Shown: in pieces, positions 7,938-16,547 of the stretch
Layout of the letters: every line of letters begins with the position of its first letter
Numbering within the stretch: position 1 is the first letter of the stretch
Source of the DNA: a virus
Length of the DNA: 64,000 nucleotides
Virus record (IMG/VR): IMGVR_UViG_3300022858_000345
Location: 8,602 to 72,601 of that record
Direction: 5' to 3' (one strand)
Translations under genes and position numbers: made by a program
The notes under the pieces: model-generated
What the model was told of the DNA's origin: nothing
Database searches by the model: none
Seen by the model: the letters and a program-made list of their open reading frames with translations, nothing else

Positions 7938-10750
7938 CCAAATTTATACTAAGAGATTATCAGGAACAATGTTTAGATAAGATTATTTCTAACGCCAGAA
8001 AAGGAGCTTTGAAACAGGTAATAGTTCTTGCTACAGGATTAGGTAAGACTGTTATTTTTGGGCATTTACCAACAAAGGTAAAAGAGAAATCAGGAAAGAA
8101 AACTCTTATTTTAGCTCATAGGGAGGAATTGCTTGACCAAGCCGCAGATAAATTAAGGTTAATTGACTCTGATTTAAAAGTAGATATAGAACAAGGAAGT
8201 AGAAAAGTGGAGGGAGATGTAGACGTTGTTGTAGCTAGTGTTCCGACTTTGGGGAGAGAAGGTAGTGAGAGAATAAAGAAATTTAATCCAGAAGAATTTG
8301 GTTGTATAATTGTAGATGAGTGCTTTGTAGCAGGAACTAAGATAGATGGAAGAAATATAGAAGATATTAAAATAGGGGATTATGTAAATAGTTTTAATGA
8401 GAAAACAAGGAAGGTAGAAAAGAAAAAAGTATTAAGGTTGTTTAAGAATAAGGTGAAAGATAAACTAGTTAAAGTATATTTAGATAATGGTAATCATATA
8501 GTATGCACACCCAATCATCCATTTTTCTGTGGGGGTAGGTATATTTCTGCTATAAATTTAAAAGAGCATTATGTATTGACAAACATCATGCAATTTGCTA
8601 ATTATATAAGAGATGCAAAAAAGATATATAAAACCAAAAAAGTGTATAGTTTGCCAAAAGACTTATCAACCGAAGTCTTGGAATTGTTATATGGTCCCGA
8701 TTTGTTCAGAAGATTGCAAAAAGGTGAGGAGGAAAGAGAGAAGAAAAAAAGTAGTTTTACCTTGTTTAAATTGTGGGAAAAAGGTTGTAGCTTGTGGCAT
8801 AAATCAGTTGTCTTTAGCTCGAAGAGGGAGGGCATATTGTTCAGAGTCATGCAAGAAGACATACTTGAGCAAATTGAGTTCGACTACAATGAGCAAAACA
8901 AACAAAAAATATGCCTCAGAAAGAATGCGAAAAAACAATCCTATGAAAAATCCAGAGTCAGTGGAGAAGATGAGGAAAAAAATGATTGGAAGAACATTTC
9001 TCAGTCGAGGAGGAAATGGGAAAATGACGAAACAACAAATAAAATTATGGCTCTCTTTAGGTTTACCGATAGAGGCATTAGAGTATCCAATAAAGACCTC
9101 AAAAGTAAAACATTTGTTTATTTCCTTACCAAATTACTATTCTCCAGACATAGGAATAAAAGATGTAAAATTAGCTATAGAGGTAGATGGGAAGACCCAC
9201 AAGTTAAAGAAATGGAGGTTTTTGGACAAGAGAAAGACAGAAGTTCTACAAGCGTTAGGGTGGTCAGTACTGAGGTTTTGGAACGAGGAAGTAGATTCCC
9301 GGCTAGAGGAGTGTGTGAAGACGGTTACGTCTACAATTTTGAAGTTGAGGGAAACAACAACTACTTTGCCAACGGAATCTTAGTACATAATTGCCACCAC
9401 TCAATAGCTAGTACTTATGTTAATATATTTAGATATTTTGGGGTATTAAAAGGGGAAGAACATGGAAGCCCTAAATTGCTTGTAGGGTGTACGGCCACTC
9501 CTAGTAGAGCCGATCATGAAGGATTAGATAAAATATTTGATAGAATTACTTTCACTTATACTTTAAGACAAGGAATTGAGTCTAGTTATTTAGCCCCTAT
9601 CAAAGCGTATACAGTTAGTACCTTAGCGGATTTAACTAAAGTTCATACTAGAATGGGGGATTTTGTAGAAAAAGAATTATCAGAAGCTATTAATACAGAG
9701 GAGAGAAATAAAATAGTGGTTAATAGTTACTTAGACATAGTTTCAGGCGGTAAAGCCCTAGTATTTGCTTCTGATGTACAGCATACAAAAGACTTAACGT
9801 CTTATTTTAGAGGAGTAGGGGTAAAAGCTAGTTGTGTGTTAGGGGAAACAGATAGAGGGGTTAGAAAAGGGATAATAGAAGATTTTGCTAGTGGAAAGAT
9901 AAAAGTATTAATTGGATGTGGTGTTTTTACAGAAGGATTTGATGAGCCTTCTATTGAAGCGGTTATGATGGCTAGACCTACTAAAAGTTCTGTTCTTTAT
10001 CAGCAAATGGTAGGTAGAGGAACTAGGCTATGTGAAGGAAAAGCAGAATTAAAATTAATAGACTTTGTAGACAATACAGGTAAAAATTCAATAATGTCTT
10101 TGCCTCAGTTGTTTGGAGTACCTAAAACATTAAAAGCAAAGAAGGGGAAAGATATTATGGAATGGGTTGGGCAAGCAGAACAAATAACTGATTTATATCC
10201 AGAGTATCCTTTAGATACCATAGACGATTGGAGCGAGGAAAATATCGAAAAAATAGTAAAAGAGATAGATATATTTGCCAAAGCTGAATTACCAGAAGAA
10301 GTAAAAACAAATTCTCAATTTACTTGGGAGAAGCAAGGAGAGGATTCTTATAAATTACAATTCCCAGCTTTAGAAGGAATAAAACAAGAAATTACTATTA
10401 AATCAAATATGTTAAATACATATAATATAGAGGTAGTCAGCTTAATAGAAGTTGCTCCTGATTACATAAATGGATATAAAAAATGGAAAAAAACAGATAC
10501 TATAGATGTAGGATCTTATGGTGATTTATCAGAAGCTTTAAAGCAAGGAGATACTTGGATAAAAGAAAATAAACCAGAGTTTGAAAGAATGTTTGACCAA
10601 AAAAGTCAATGGCGTTCAAATTCTGCGACTGAGAAGCAGATTAGTTTATTAAAAAAATTAGGAGTTCCTATACCTAAAATTGGATTTAATTCTGGCCAAG
10701 CGTCAGTTCTCATAGGGCGTGCTTTGTCTGAAAGTAAAAAAAGAAGTTGA
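7934..10750 (+). CDS. SF2 DExH helicase (IRC3/UvsW-like), intein-containing
   Basis: LRDYQ Q-motif, ATGLGKT, DE|CHH split by the intein, TATP, TEGFDEP, QMVGRGTR. Confidence 0.93.
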   Translation: MTKFILRDYQEQCLDKIISNARKGALKQVIVLATGLGKTVIFGHLPTKVKEKSGKKTLILAHREELLDQAADKLRLIDSDLKVDIEQGSRKVEGDVDVVVASVPTLGREGSERIKKFNPEEFGCIIVDECFVAGTKIDGRNIEDIKIGDYVNSFNEKTRKVEKKKVLRLFKNKVKDKLVKVYLDNGNHIVCTPNHPFFCGGRYISAINLKEHYVLTNIMQFANYIRDAKKIYKTKKVYSLPKDLSTEVLELLYGPDLFRRLQKGEEEREKKKSSFTLFKLWEKGCSLWHKSVVFSSKREGILFRVMQEDILEQIEFDYNEQNKQKICLRKNAKKQSYEKSRVSGEDEEKNDWKNISQSRRKWENDETTNKIMALFRFTDRGIRVSNKDLKSKTFVYFLTKLLFSRHRNKRCKISYRGRWEDPQVKEMEVFGQEKDRSSTSVRVVSTEVLERGSRFPARGVCEDGYVYNFEVEGNNNYFANGILVHNCHHSIASTYVNIFRYFGVLKGEEHGSPKLLVGCTATPSRADHEGLDKIFDRITFTYTLRQGIESSYLAPIKAYTVSTLADLTKVHTRMGDFVEKELSEAINTEERNKIVVNSYLDIVSGGKALVFASDVQHTKDLTSYFRGVGVKASCVLGETDRGVRKGIIEDFASGKIKVLIGCGVFTEGFDEPSIEAVMMARPTKSSVLYQQMVGRGTRLCEGKAELKLIDFVDNTGKNSIMSLPQLFGVPKTLKAKKGKDIMEWVGQAEQITDLYPEYPLDTIDDWSEENIEKIVKEIDIFAKAELPEEVKTNSQFTWEKQGEDSYKLQFPALEGIKQEITIKSNMLNTYNIEVVSLIEVAPDYINGYKKWKKTDTIDVGSYGDLSEALKQGDTWIKENKPEFERMFDQKSQWRSNSATEKQISLLKKLGVPIPKIGFNSGQASVLIGRALSESKKRS
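8321..9391 (+). mobile_element. Intein (357 aa) in the helicase DExH motif II
   Basis: N-terminus CFVAGTKI, block B CTPNHPF, C-terminus VYNFEVEGNNNYFANGILVHN, +1 Cys. Splicing restores IVDECHH. Confidence 0.95.
8613..9383 (+). CDS. Zn-finger + DUF559/Vsr-like endonuclease nested in the +1 frame of the helicase intein
   Basis: CxxC/CSxxC repeats, MRKNNPM, then YSPDIG..LAIEVDGKTH...D..K...L..LGWSVLRFWNEEV. Lies entirely within the intein. Confidence 0.85.
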   Translation: MQKRYIKPKKCIVCQKTYQPKSWNCYMVPICSEDCKKVRRKERRKKVVLPCLNCGKKVVACGINQLSLARRGRAYCSESCKKTYLSKLSSTTMSKTNKKYASERMRKNNPMKNPESVEKMRKKMIGRTFLSRGGNGKMTKQQIKLWLSLGLPIEALEYPIKTSKVKHLFISLPNYYSPDIGIKDVKLAIEVDGKTHKLKKWRFLDKRKTEVLQALGWSVLRFWNEEVDSRLEECVKTVTSTILKLRETTTTLPTES

Positions 10751-10805
10751 TTTTTAAATTTAAGGCTATATAATACTAGTATAGATAAACAATTAAATAG
10801 GAGCT

Positions 10806-11642
10806 ATGGGAAAGTATATAGTGACCGAAGGGCATAAACAAAAAATAGCAAAAGCTAGAAAAGGGTTTATACCTTCTAAAGAGCATAGGGAAAAGCTGTC
10901 TAAGGCTAGTTTAGGTAAGAAAAAGACTCTGGAACATTGTAAAAATATTAGTAAAGCTCATTTAGGGCAGAAAGCCTGGAATAAAGGAGTTCCTATGACA
11001 GTGAAAGCTAAAGAGAAATTATCTAAAAGTTTAAGTGGAAAGATTCCTTGGAATAAAGGTAAAAGAATGTCTAAGGAATATAGAAAGAAGTTGAGTGATA
11101 GTCATAAAGGTTATAAGGTTTCTGAAGAAACTAAGAAAAAAATATCTAAAGCGCATAAAGGAAAAAAAATATCTGAGGAGCAGAAAGAGAAAATAAGTAA
11201 AACTTTGACAGGCAGAAAAAGAACTAAAGAAGAACGAAAAAATATTAGTTTGGGGTTGAAAGGTAGAAAAGCTTGGAATAAAGGAATACCTGTATCGGAA
11301 GAACAGAGGATACAACTATCCCTAGCAAATAAGGGTAAAAAATTATCTACAGAACAAAGATTAAAAAGACTTAAAACTTGCCCTAAAGGGGCAGATGTTT
11401 GGAATTGGAAAGGTGGAGTAACTTCAGAAAATGCTAGAATTAGGGGAAGCTTAAAAATGAGATTATGGAGAGAAGCAGTATTTAAGAGAGACGACTATAC
11501 TTGTCAAGAGTGCGGTAAAAGAGGGGTTTATTTAGAAGCACACCATATTAAAAAGTTTTCTACGCATCAAGAGTTAATGTTTGAAGTTAGTAATGGAGTT
11601 ACATTATGTAAGGAGTGTCACAAAATAGAGACATTTAAGTAA
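10806..11642 (+). mobile_element. Free-standing NUMOD3-repeat HNH homing endonuclease
   Basis: Several AWNKG/PWNKG repeats, WKGG, RDDYTCQEC, LEAHH, NGVTLCKECH. Promoter TTGATT-16-TATAAT at 10747-10774. Confidence 0.9.
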
Positions 11643-11848
11643 TAAATTTTAACCAAAAACACTATGATTCGTATGTCATTAAATGAAGAAGACTTTAATA
11701 CTTTAATCACAGGAGGGGAAGTAGTTAAAGAAGGAGTTACACTAATATTAAAAGATATTGGGTATGCAACTATGTGTGAAAAGCTAAAAAAAGCTATGGT
11801 AAAAGACGGATTTATTAAACAATAAAATTATAATAACACAAGTGTAAA

Positions 11849-11916
11849 AACTTGAAAAAGTTAAAAAAGTATATTATAATGTAAATGTTAAATAATTAAA
11901 TAACTAACAAAAAATG
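11849..11916 (+). promoter_or_regulatory. Promoter/translation-start cassette copy 1 (TTGAAA-17-TATAAT)
   Basis: -35 at 11852-11857, -10 at 11875-11880; near-identical to 12095-12163. Confidence 0.8.
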
Positions 11917-12060
11917 AATTTAGTTTTTTACGCCACAGTAATACAGTTAATCGTAATTATTTGGTATTTATCTACTAGGACTGAATATGATTTAGTTATA
12001 TTAGTGGGTAATTTTTTTACTACAATATTATTAATATTTGTACTTATTTCACAATCTTAA
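11914..12060 (+). CDS. Small hydrophobic (two-TM-like) 48-aa protein
   Basis: MNLVFYATVIQLIVIIWYLSTRTEYDLVILVGNFFTTILLIFVLISQS, directly after a strong promoter; not in the ORF track. Confidence 0.5.
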   Translation: MNLVFYATVIQLIVIIWYLSTRTEYDLVILVGNFFTTILLIFVLISQS

Positions 12061-12094
12061 CTATACAATATTTTTATAAAAATGCAAGTTTAAA

Positions 12095-12163
12095 TACTTG
12101 AAAAAGTTGAAAAAGTATATTATAATGTATATGTTAGATAAATAAATAACCCACAAAAAAATG
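12095..12163 (+). promoter_or_regulatory. Promoter/translation-start cassette copy 2 (TTGAAA-17-TATAAT)
   Basis: -35 at 12098-12103, -10 at 12121-12126. Confidence 0.8.
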
Positions 12164-12295
12164 CCTAAAGAAGTAAATAAAAATAAATTTAAAGAGTTAG
12201 TAGATGAGACTTTGGAAGCACAAATGGATGCTCTAAGAGATGATGAAGGATTTGTGCAAAGTTTACCAGATGCTATTGTTAGTATTTTAAAATAA
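12161..12295 (+). CDS. Small acidic 44-aa protein
   Basis: MPKEVNKNKFKELVDETLEAQMDALRDDEGFVQSLPDAIVSILK, after promoter copy 2. Confidence 0.5.
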   Translation: MPKEVNKNKFKELVDETLEAQMDALRDDEGFVQSLPDAIVSILK

Positions 12296-12313
12296 TTTAT
12301 AACCAACAAAAAA

Positions 12314-12652
12314 ATGAATCATTTACAAACAAATGAAGTAGGAAAGGAGTTCGGAGAGCTAGTAGATAATACTATTGCTCTACAAAAACAAATTAAAAAA
12401 TTAGAGAATGGAAAACTAGCGGAGTTGAAAAAGGAAATTGGAGGGCATAAAGAAGAATTAAGAAAAGAAATGGATAGAAGAGGTATAAATAAATTAGATG
12501 GAGGTAAAGGTAATGTTTTATTAATAGATAGAAAAGGGTCTATAGTAGTAGATTTTGATGATATTATGAAAGATTTAGGAGTATCTGATTTGAAAAAATA
12601 CCAGACTCAAAAAGAAGGATCACAATTCATTAAAGTAACAGCTAATGTCTAA
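12314..12652 (+). CDS. Hypothetical coiled-coil phage protein
   Basis: 112 aa; overlaps the polymerase start. Confidence 0.6.
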   Translation: MNHLQTNEVGKEFGELVDNTIALQKQIKKLENGKLAELKKEIGGHKEELRKEMDRRGINKLDGGKGNVLLIDRKGSIVVDFDDIMKDLGVSDLKKYQTQKEGSQFIKVTANV

Positions 12653-15600
12653 GTTCATTGTAAAAAATAAGGAGGAGTATAAAAAGATTATAGATAAAAT
12701 TTTAGTTTCATCTTCTGAATATGTGGCTTTAGATACAGAGACAGAAGAATTTGATAAGGAGAAGACGCACGCATTTGATTTAGGGTTGTATGGAATAGGG
12801 TTATATGGGAAGGACTTTAAGATTTTTATTCCTGCTAAATTTGTAAAGAAAGACTTTCAGAAGGTTTTAGATAAATTTATTTTTATTTTTCATAACGCAA
12901 AATTTGATTTATTAATTTTAGAAAAGCACGGGTTTAATATAGATAAGTTAAAATATCACGATACTTTAATAATGAGTTGGTTACTAAATGAAAATAGACG
13001 CTCACATAAATTAAAAGATTTAGCTCATTCGGTTTTAAGAGTTAAAGAAGAAAAGATTATTAAATATGGGGATGTTATTAAAAAGCCTATATTAGAGGAG
13101 TATGGTATGTTTCCTGAGGAATTTAGAATGGATTTGGCTAGGTGGATGATAAAGTTAGGGCTTTATTGTATAGATGATTGTACTTATACATATAAGTTAT
13201 TTTTTAAATTTAAACCTAAACTTGAAGAACAAAGTATATGGAGTATTTATGAAAGATTAGAATTAGAAACAGTAAAAGTTTTAATGTATATGGAATTGAG
13301 AGGAATAAAAGTAAATTGTAAGTATTTGGAAAAATTAGGAAAGAAAATTGAAACTGAGCTAATTCAGATTCAGGCAGATATTTGGAAAGGAGCGGGAAAA
13401 GAGTTTGATATAAATAGCCCAAAACAACTATCTCAGGTTTTATTTACTGAAAAAGGTTTTAAGTTAACAGATGATTATAGAACACCAACGGGGGCTTATT
13501 CTACTAATGAAGCGGCTTTGAAGTATTTAAAAGAGGCGTACCCTAAAGATGAAGTGTTAGGGGGTATTTTAAAATATCGGGAATTATTTAAGCTACACAG
13601 TGCTTTTATTGTAGGGCTTTTAAGCAAACAAAGAGATGGAGTTATACATACTTCATTTAAACAACATGGAACAGTCACAGGTAGGCTTTCATGTGTAGCT
13701 AAAGATACTCCTATTTTAATATTAGAGGGGCATGTGCCTATTTCAAAAATAGACTTGCATAATAAGAACCACCAATATACAATAGGTAGCGGAGGGGAGT
13801 TAAGAAAGATAAAGAATTTAATATTTAATGGGTATGGAAAATTGTATGATGTTAAAACAGGAGATTCAAAGCTTAGATGTTCAGGAGACCACAGATTGTG
13901 GACAAGTTCTGGGTGGCGGAAAGCTGAAGATTTGCGAGAGGGAGATAAAGTATTCTTTAATAGAAGCTCCTTTAAAGTTCAAGGATTTGGGGTTGGGGAG
14001 AATAATATTAGACGAAAACAGTTTTGTGCTTTTAAGAATAAAGGAGAAGTTGACTCATCAAAAGATACGTCAGCTATCAAACAATGTTATAAAAAGAAGG
14101 TGGATACTTTTATCTCAAAAAGTTTATTTAAAAAAATACGGGAAAGATTTAAAAAAGATTCACAAGATAAATCTAAGTCTTGCGGCGTTGGGAAACAAAA
14201 ATGGAAAGGGGAAAGGGAAAGTTTCTTTAGACGCAAAACAACTATTAGAGAAAGTTCAGATGGGAAAAAGTATAGGGAGGATAGCAAAAGAGATGCATTC
14301 TACAGAATTTATAGTGAAGTCAAATCTTATGTTGTTAGGTATGCCATTAAGGTATGCAAAAACCCCAAAGCAAGTAGGCACTTGGAGCAAAGAAGATGTC
14401 AGGTTGGTAGAGAAAATTTTTCCAGAGTTTTTAGAAATAGCAAAGAAATTCAAGAAGAACCCCGCGGAATTTTTAGACTTAGTATATGGAAAAGTGTTAG
14501 ATACTTACAAAATTTTATGGTTATTAAAAAAATTGGGGGGTTTGCATGGGCATTATATGGAAACTGGGGCTATAGAGAAATCTCATATATGTTGGGGAAC
14601 GAACAGTTCAGCCAATACTTTATTAGCGAGGGAGTTAAGAATGCAGAGTATAAAGCACATGAGAGAATTCCCTATTGGAAAAAATTATTCTGTAGATTTT
14701 TATTTCCCGATTTCAAATTTAATGGTGGAATTAGATGGAAAACACCACGAAACAGATATAAAAACTTTAGAGAGGGACAAAGAGAAAGAGAAAATTATAA
14801 AAAAGATGGGGATTCGGTTAAAGAGATTTATGTCTACGGAGGGGAAAAACCCAAAATTGCTGTTAAAGAAAATCAAGAAGTTACTATAGATAGCATTGAA
14901 TATATAGGTAGAGGGGAATTATGGGACTTAACAGTAGATGGAGATTCTTCATATATTACAGAAGGGCTAATTAGTCATAATTGTAGTGCTCCTAACTTAC
15001 AACAGTTACCTAGAAGGGATGATGAGTATGATATTAGAAAGGCTTTTATACCTAGAGAAGGGTATACATTTGTTATTTCAGACTTATCTCAAATAGAATT
15101 AAGGATAGCAGCTTCTATCAGTCAAGACCCTACTATGCTTAAGATATTTAATGAAGGTGGAGATATACATGGGGAGACCGCTAAACTGCTCGATTGTGAA
15201 AGAGTAATAGCTAAACAAATTAATTTTGGAATTTTATACGGCACCGCTGCTTTTGGAATGTCAAAAGGTTTAGAAGCCAAAGGAGTGAAGCTAGATGTTA
15301 AAGAAGCAGAGAAGTTTATTAATAGATATTTCTCTAAGTTTAAAAAATTAGAGATACTTATAGAGCAAGCTAAAAATACTTTGAGAAAAAAATACGCAAT
15401 TACTACTGTTTTTAATAGAAAAAGAAGATTCCCAAAATATGCAGAAGCCAGAAAAAATAGAGATTGGAAGTTAGTAGCTCACTGTGAAAGGCAAGCTATA
15501 AATTCTATTATTCAGGGAAGTGCTGCTGATATTATTAAAGTTCAAATGAGAAATTTAAGTAGGGAGTTACCTAAATATGGAGCGTATCTTTTAGTTCAGG

Positions 15601-15746
15601 TGCACGATGAAGTAATTTGTGAAGTTCCTAAGGAAAAAGCTGAGGAAGTTTTAAAGATTGTAGTAGATATTATGGAAAATTCTTATCATCTTAAAGGGGT
15701 TCCAATAGTGGCTAATGGATTTATTAGTGAGGTATGGAAGAAGTAG
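12645..15746 (+). CDS. polA: Family A DNA polymerase (3'-5' exonuclease + polymerase), intein-containing
   Basis: Exonuclease motifs ALDTET, HNAKFD and YCIDD; TGRLS|CSAPNLQQ; motif A DLSQIELR; motif B AKQINFGILYG; motif C VHDE. Confidence 0.95.
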   Translation: MSKFIVKNKEEYKKIIDKILVSSSEYVALDTETEEFDKEKTHAFDLGLYGIGLYGKDFKIFIPAKFVKKDFQKVLDKFIFIFHNAKFDLLILEKHGFNIDKLKYHDTLIMSWLLNENRRSHKLKDLAHSVLRVKEEKIIKYGDVIKKPILEEYGMFPEEFRMDLARWMIKLGLYCIDDCTYTYKLFFKFKPKLEEQSIWSIYERLELETVKVLMYMELRGIKVNCKYLEKLGKKIETELIQIQADIWKGAGKEFDINSPKQLSQVLFTEKGFKLTDDYRTPTGAYSTNEAALKYLKEAYPKDEVLGGILKYRELFKLHSAFIVGLLSKQRDGVIHTSFKQHGTVTGRLSCVAKDTPILILEGHVPISKIDLHNKNHQYTIGSGGELRKIKNLIFNGYGKLYDVKTGDSKLRCSGDHRLWTSSGWRKAEDLREGDKVFFNRSSFKVQGFGVGENNIRRKQFCAFKNKGEVDSSKDTSAIKQCYKKKVDTFISKSLFKKIRERFKKDSQDKSKSCGVGKQKWKGERESFFRRKTTIRESSDGKKYREDSKRDAFYRIYSEVKSYVVRYAIKVCKNPKASRHLEQRRCQVGRENFSRVFRNSKEIQEEPRGIFRLSIWKSVRYLQNFMVIKKIGGFAWALYGNWGYREISYMLGNEQFSQYFISEGVKNAEYKAHERIPYWKKLFCRFLFPDFKFNGGIRWKTPRNRYKNFREGQRERENYKKDGDSVKEIYVYGGEKPKIAVKENQEVTIDSIEYIGRGELWDLTVDGDSSYITEGLISHNCSAPNLQQLPRRDDEYDIRKAFIPREGYTFVISDLSQIELRIAASISQDPTMLKIFNEGGDIHGETAKLLDCERVIAKQINFGILYGTAAFGMSKGLEAKGVKLDVKEAEKFINRYFSKFKKLEILIEQAKNTLRKKYAITTVFNRKRRFPKYAEARKNRDWKLVAHCERQAINSIIQGSAADIIKVQMRNLSRELPKYGAYLLVQVHDEVICEVPKEKAEEVLKIVVDIMENSYHLKGVPIVANGFISEVWKK
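13755..13783 (+). promoter_or_regulatory. Intein-internal promoter TTGCAT-17-TACAAT
   Basis: -35 at 13755-13760 and -10 at 13778-13783, about 45 nt upstream of the ATG of the nested +1 ORF. Confidence 0.6.
13828..14889 (+). CDS. HTH + DUF559/Vsr-like endonuclease nested in the +1 frame of the PolA intein
   Basis: HTH-like KSIGRIAKEMHSTEFIV; C-terminal REFPIGKNYSVDFYFPISNLMVELDGKHH...RD..K...MGIRLKRF. Confidence 0.82.
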   Translation: MGMENCMMLKQEIQSLDVQETTDCGQVLGGGKLKICEREIKYSLIEAPLKFKDLGLGRIILDENSFVLLRIKEKLTHQKIRQLSNNVIKRRWILLSQKVYLKKYGKDLKKIHKINLSLAALGNKNGKGKGKVSLDAKQLLEKVQMGKSIGRIAKEMHSTEFIVKSNLMLLGMPLRYAKTPKQVGTWSKEDVRLVEKIFPEFLEIAKKFKKNPAEFLDLVYGKVLDTYKILWLLKKLGGLHGHYMETGAIEKSHICWGTNSSANTLLARELRMQSIKHMREFPIGKNYSVDFYFPISNLMVELDGKHHETDIKTLERDKEKEKIIKKMGIRLKRFMSTEGKNPKLLLKKIKKLL

Positions 15747-15798
15747 CTTGTTTTTGAGAGAAGTTTAATTTATAATAAGGTTATAGTAAAAAAATAGT

Positions 15799-16401
15799 AT
15801 GTCTAGAAAGTTATCAGAGCAACATAAGAAAAATATATCTAAAGGATTAAAAAAAGCTTATTCAAAGGATAGGGTTGGTTATTGGAAAGGTAAAAGTAGA
15901 AAAGGAATTATTACAGAAGAAGGTAAGAAAAGTATTAGTGATGCTAGAAAAGGTAAAAAACTTTCAAAGGAGCACAAAAAGAAATTAAGTGATAGCCATA
16001 AAGGTAACGCTGGCTACTGGACAGGTAAGAAAGGGCCTAAAAGAACATCAGATACTAGAAGAAAGATGAGCGAGGCTCATAAGAAACACCCAGAAAGACA
16101 TTGGGCATGGAAAGGCGGAGTTACAGAGGGTAATAATAAAATTAGACATTCTTTAGATAACAGGTTATGGAGAGAAGCAGTATTTAAAAGGGATGATTAT
16201 ACTTGTCAGAAGTGTTGTAAGAGAGGAGAAAAAATAGTATCTCACCACATATTAAATTTTGCAGAGCACCCTGAACTAAGATTTGAGATAAGCAACGGAG
16301 TAACTCTATGTAAGGAATGCCATATTTTATTTCATGCTGTTTATAGAAAGAAAGGGAATTGTGAAAAGCAATTAAAAGAATTCAGATACACGATGAAGTA
16401 A
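15799..16401 (+). mobile_element. Free-standing NUMOD3 HNH homing endonuclease
   Basis: K-rich repeats, WKGG, RDDYTCQKC, SHH, NGVTLCKECH. Promoter TTGTTT-17-TATAAT at 15748-15776. Confidence 0.9.
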
Positions 16402-16532
16402 TAGTTGAAGTACCTAAGAAAAAAGCAGAAGAAGTTATGAAGGTTGTAAAAGATATTATGGAAAATGCTTACCATTTAAAAGGAGTACCTATAATAGCTG
16501 ATCCTTTTATTTCAAATTGCTGGAAAAAATAA
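16380..16532 (+). pseudogene. Orphan second copy of the polA 3' end (motif C to stop)
   Basis: Translates IQIHDEVIVEVPKKKAEEVMKVVKDIMENAYHLKGVPIIADPFISNCWKK*, colinear with and the same length as the polA end VQVHDEVICEVPKEKAEEVLKIVVDIMENSYHLKGVPIVANGFISEVWKK*. Confidence 0.9.
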
Positions 16533-16547
16533 TATAACAATAAAAAT

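Larger units (their letters stand above)
13692..14981 (+). mobile_element. Intein (430 aa) in the PolA TGRLS/xxxPNLQ motif
   Basis: CVAKDTPI, CSGDHRLWT, LWDLTVDGDSSYITEGLISHN, +1 Cys. Confidence 0.95.

Noticed and set aside
8613-14889. Nested nuclease ORFs explained as sequencing frameshifts of ordinary in-frame intein endonucleases
   Set aside because: The host/intein frames are continuous and stop-free from extein to extein. An artefact would need paired compensating errors in each intein and could not explain the antisense case or the internal promoters.
15747-16400. Group I intron carrying the HNH in polA
   Set aside because: polA ends with its own complete C-terminus and stop before the HNH, and there is no flanking non-coding space for a ribozyme core.
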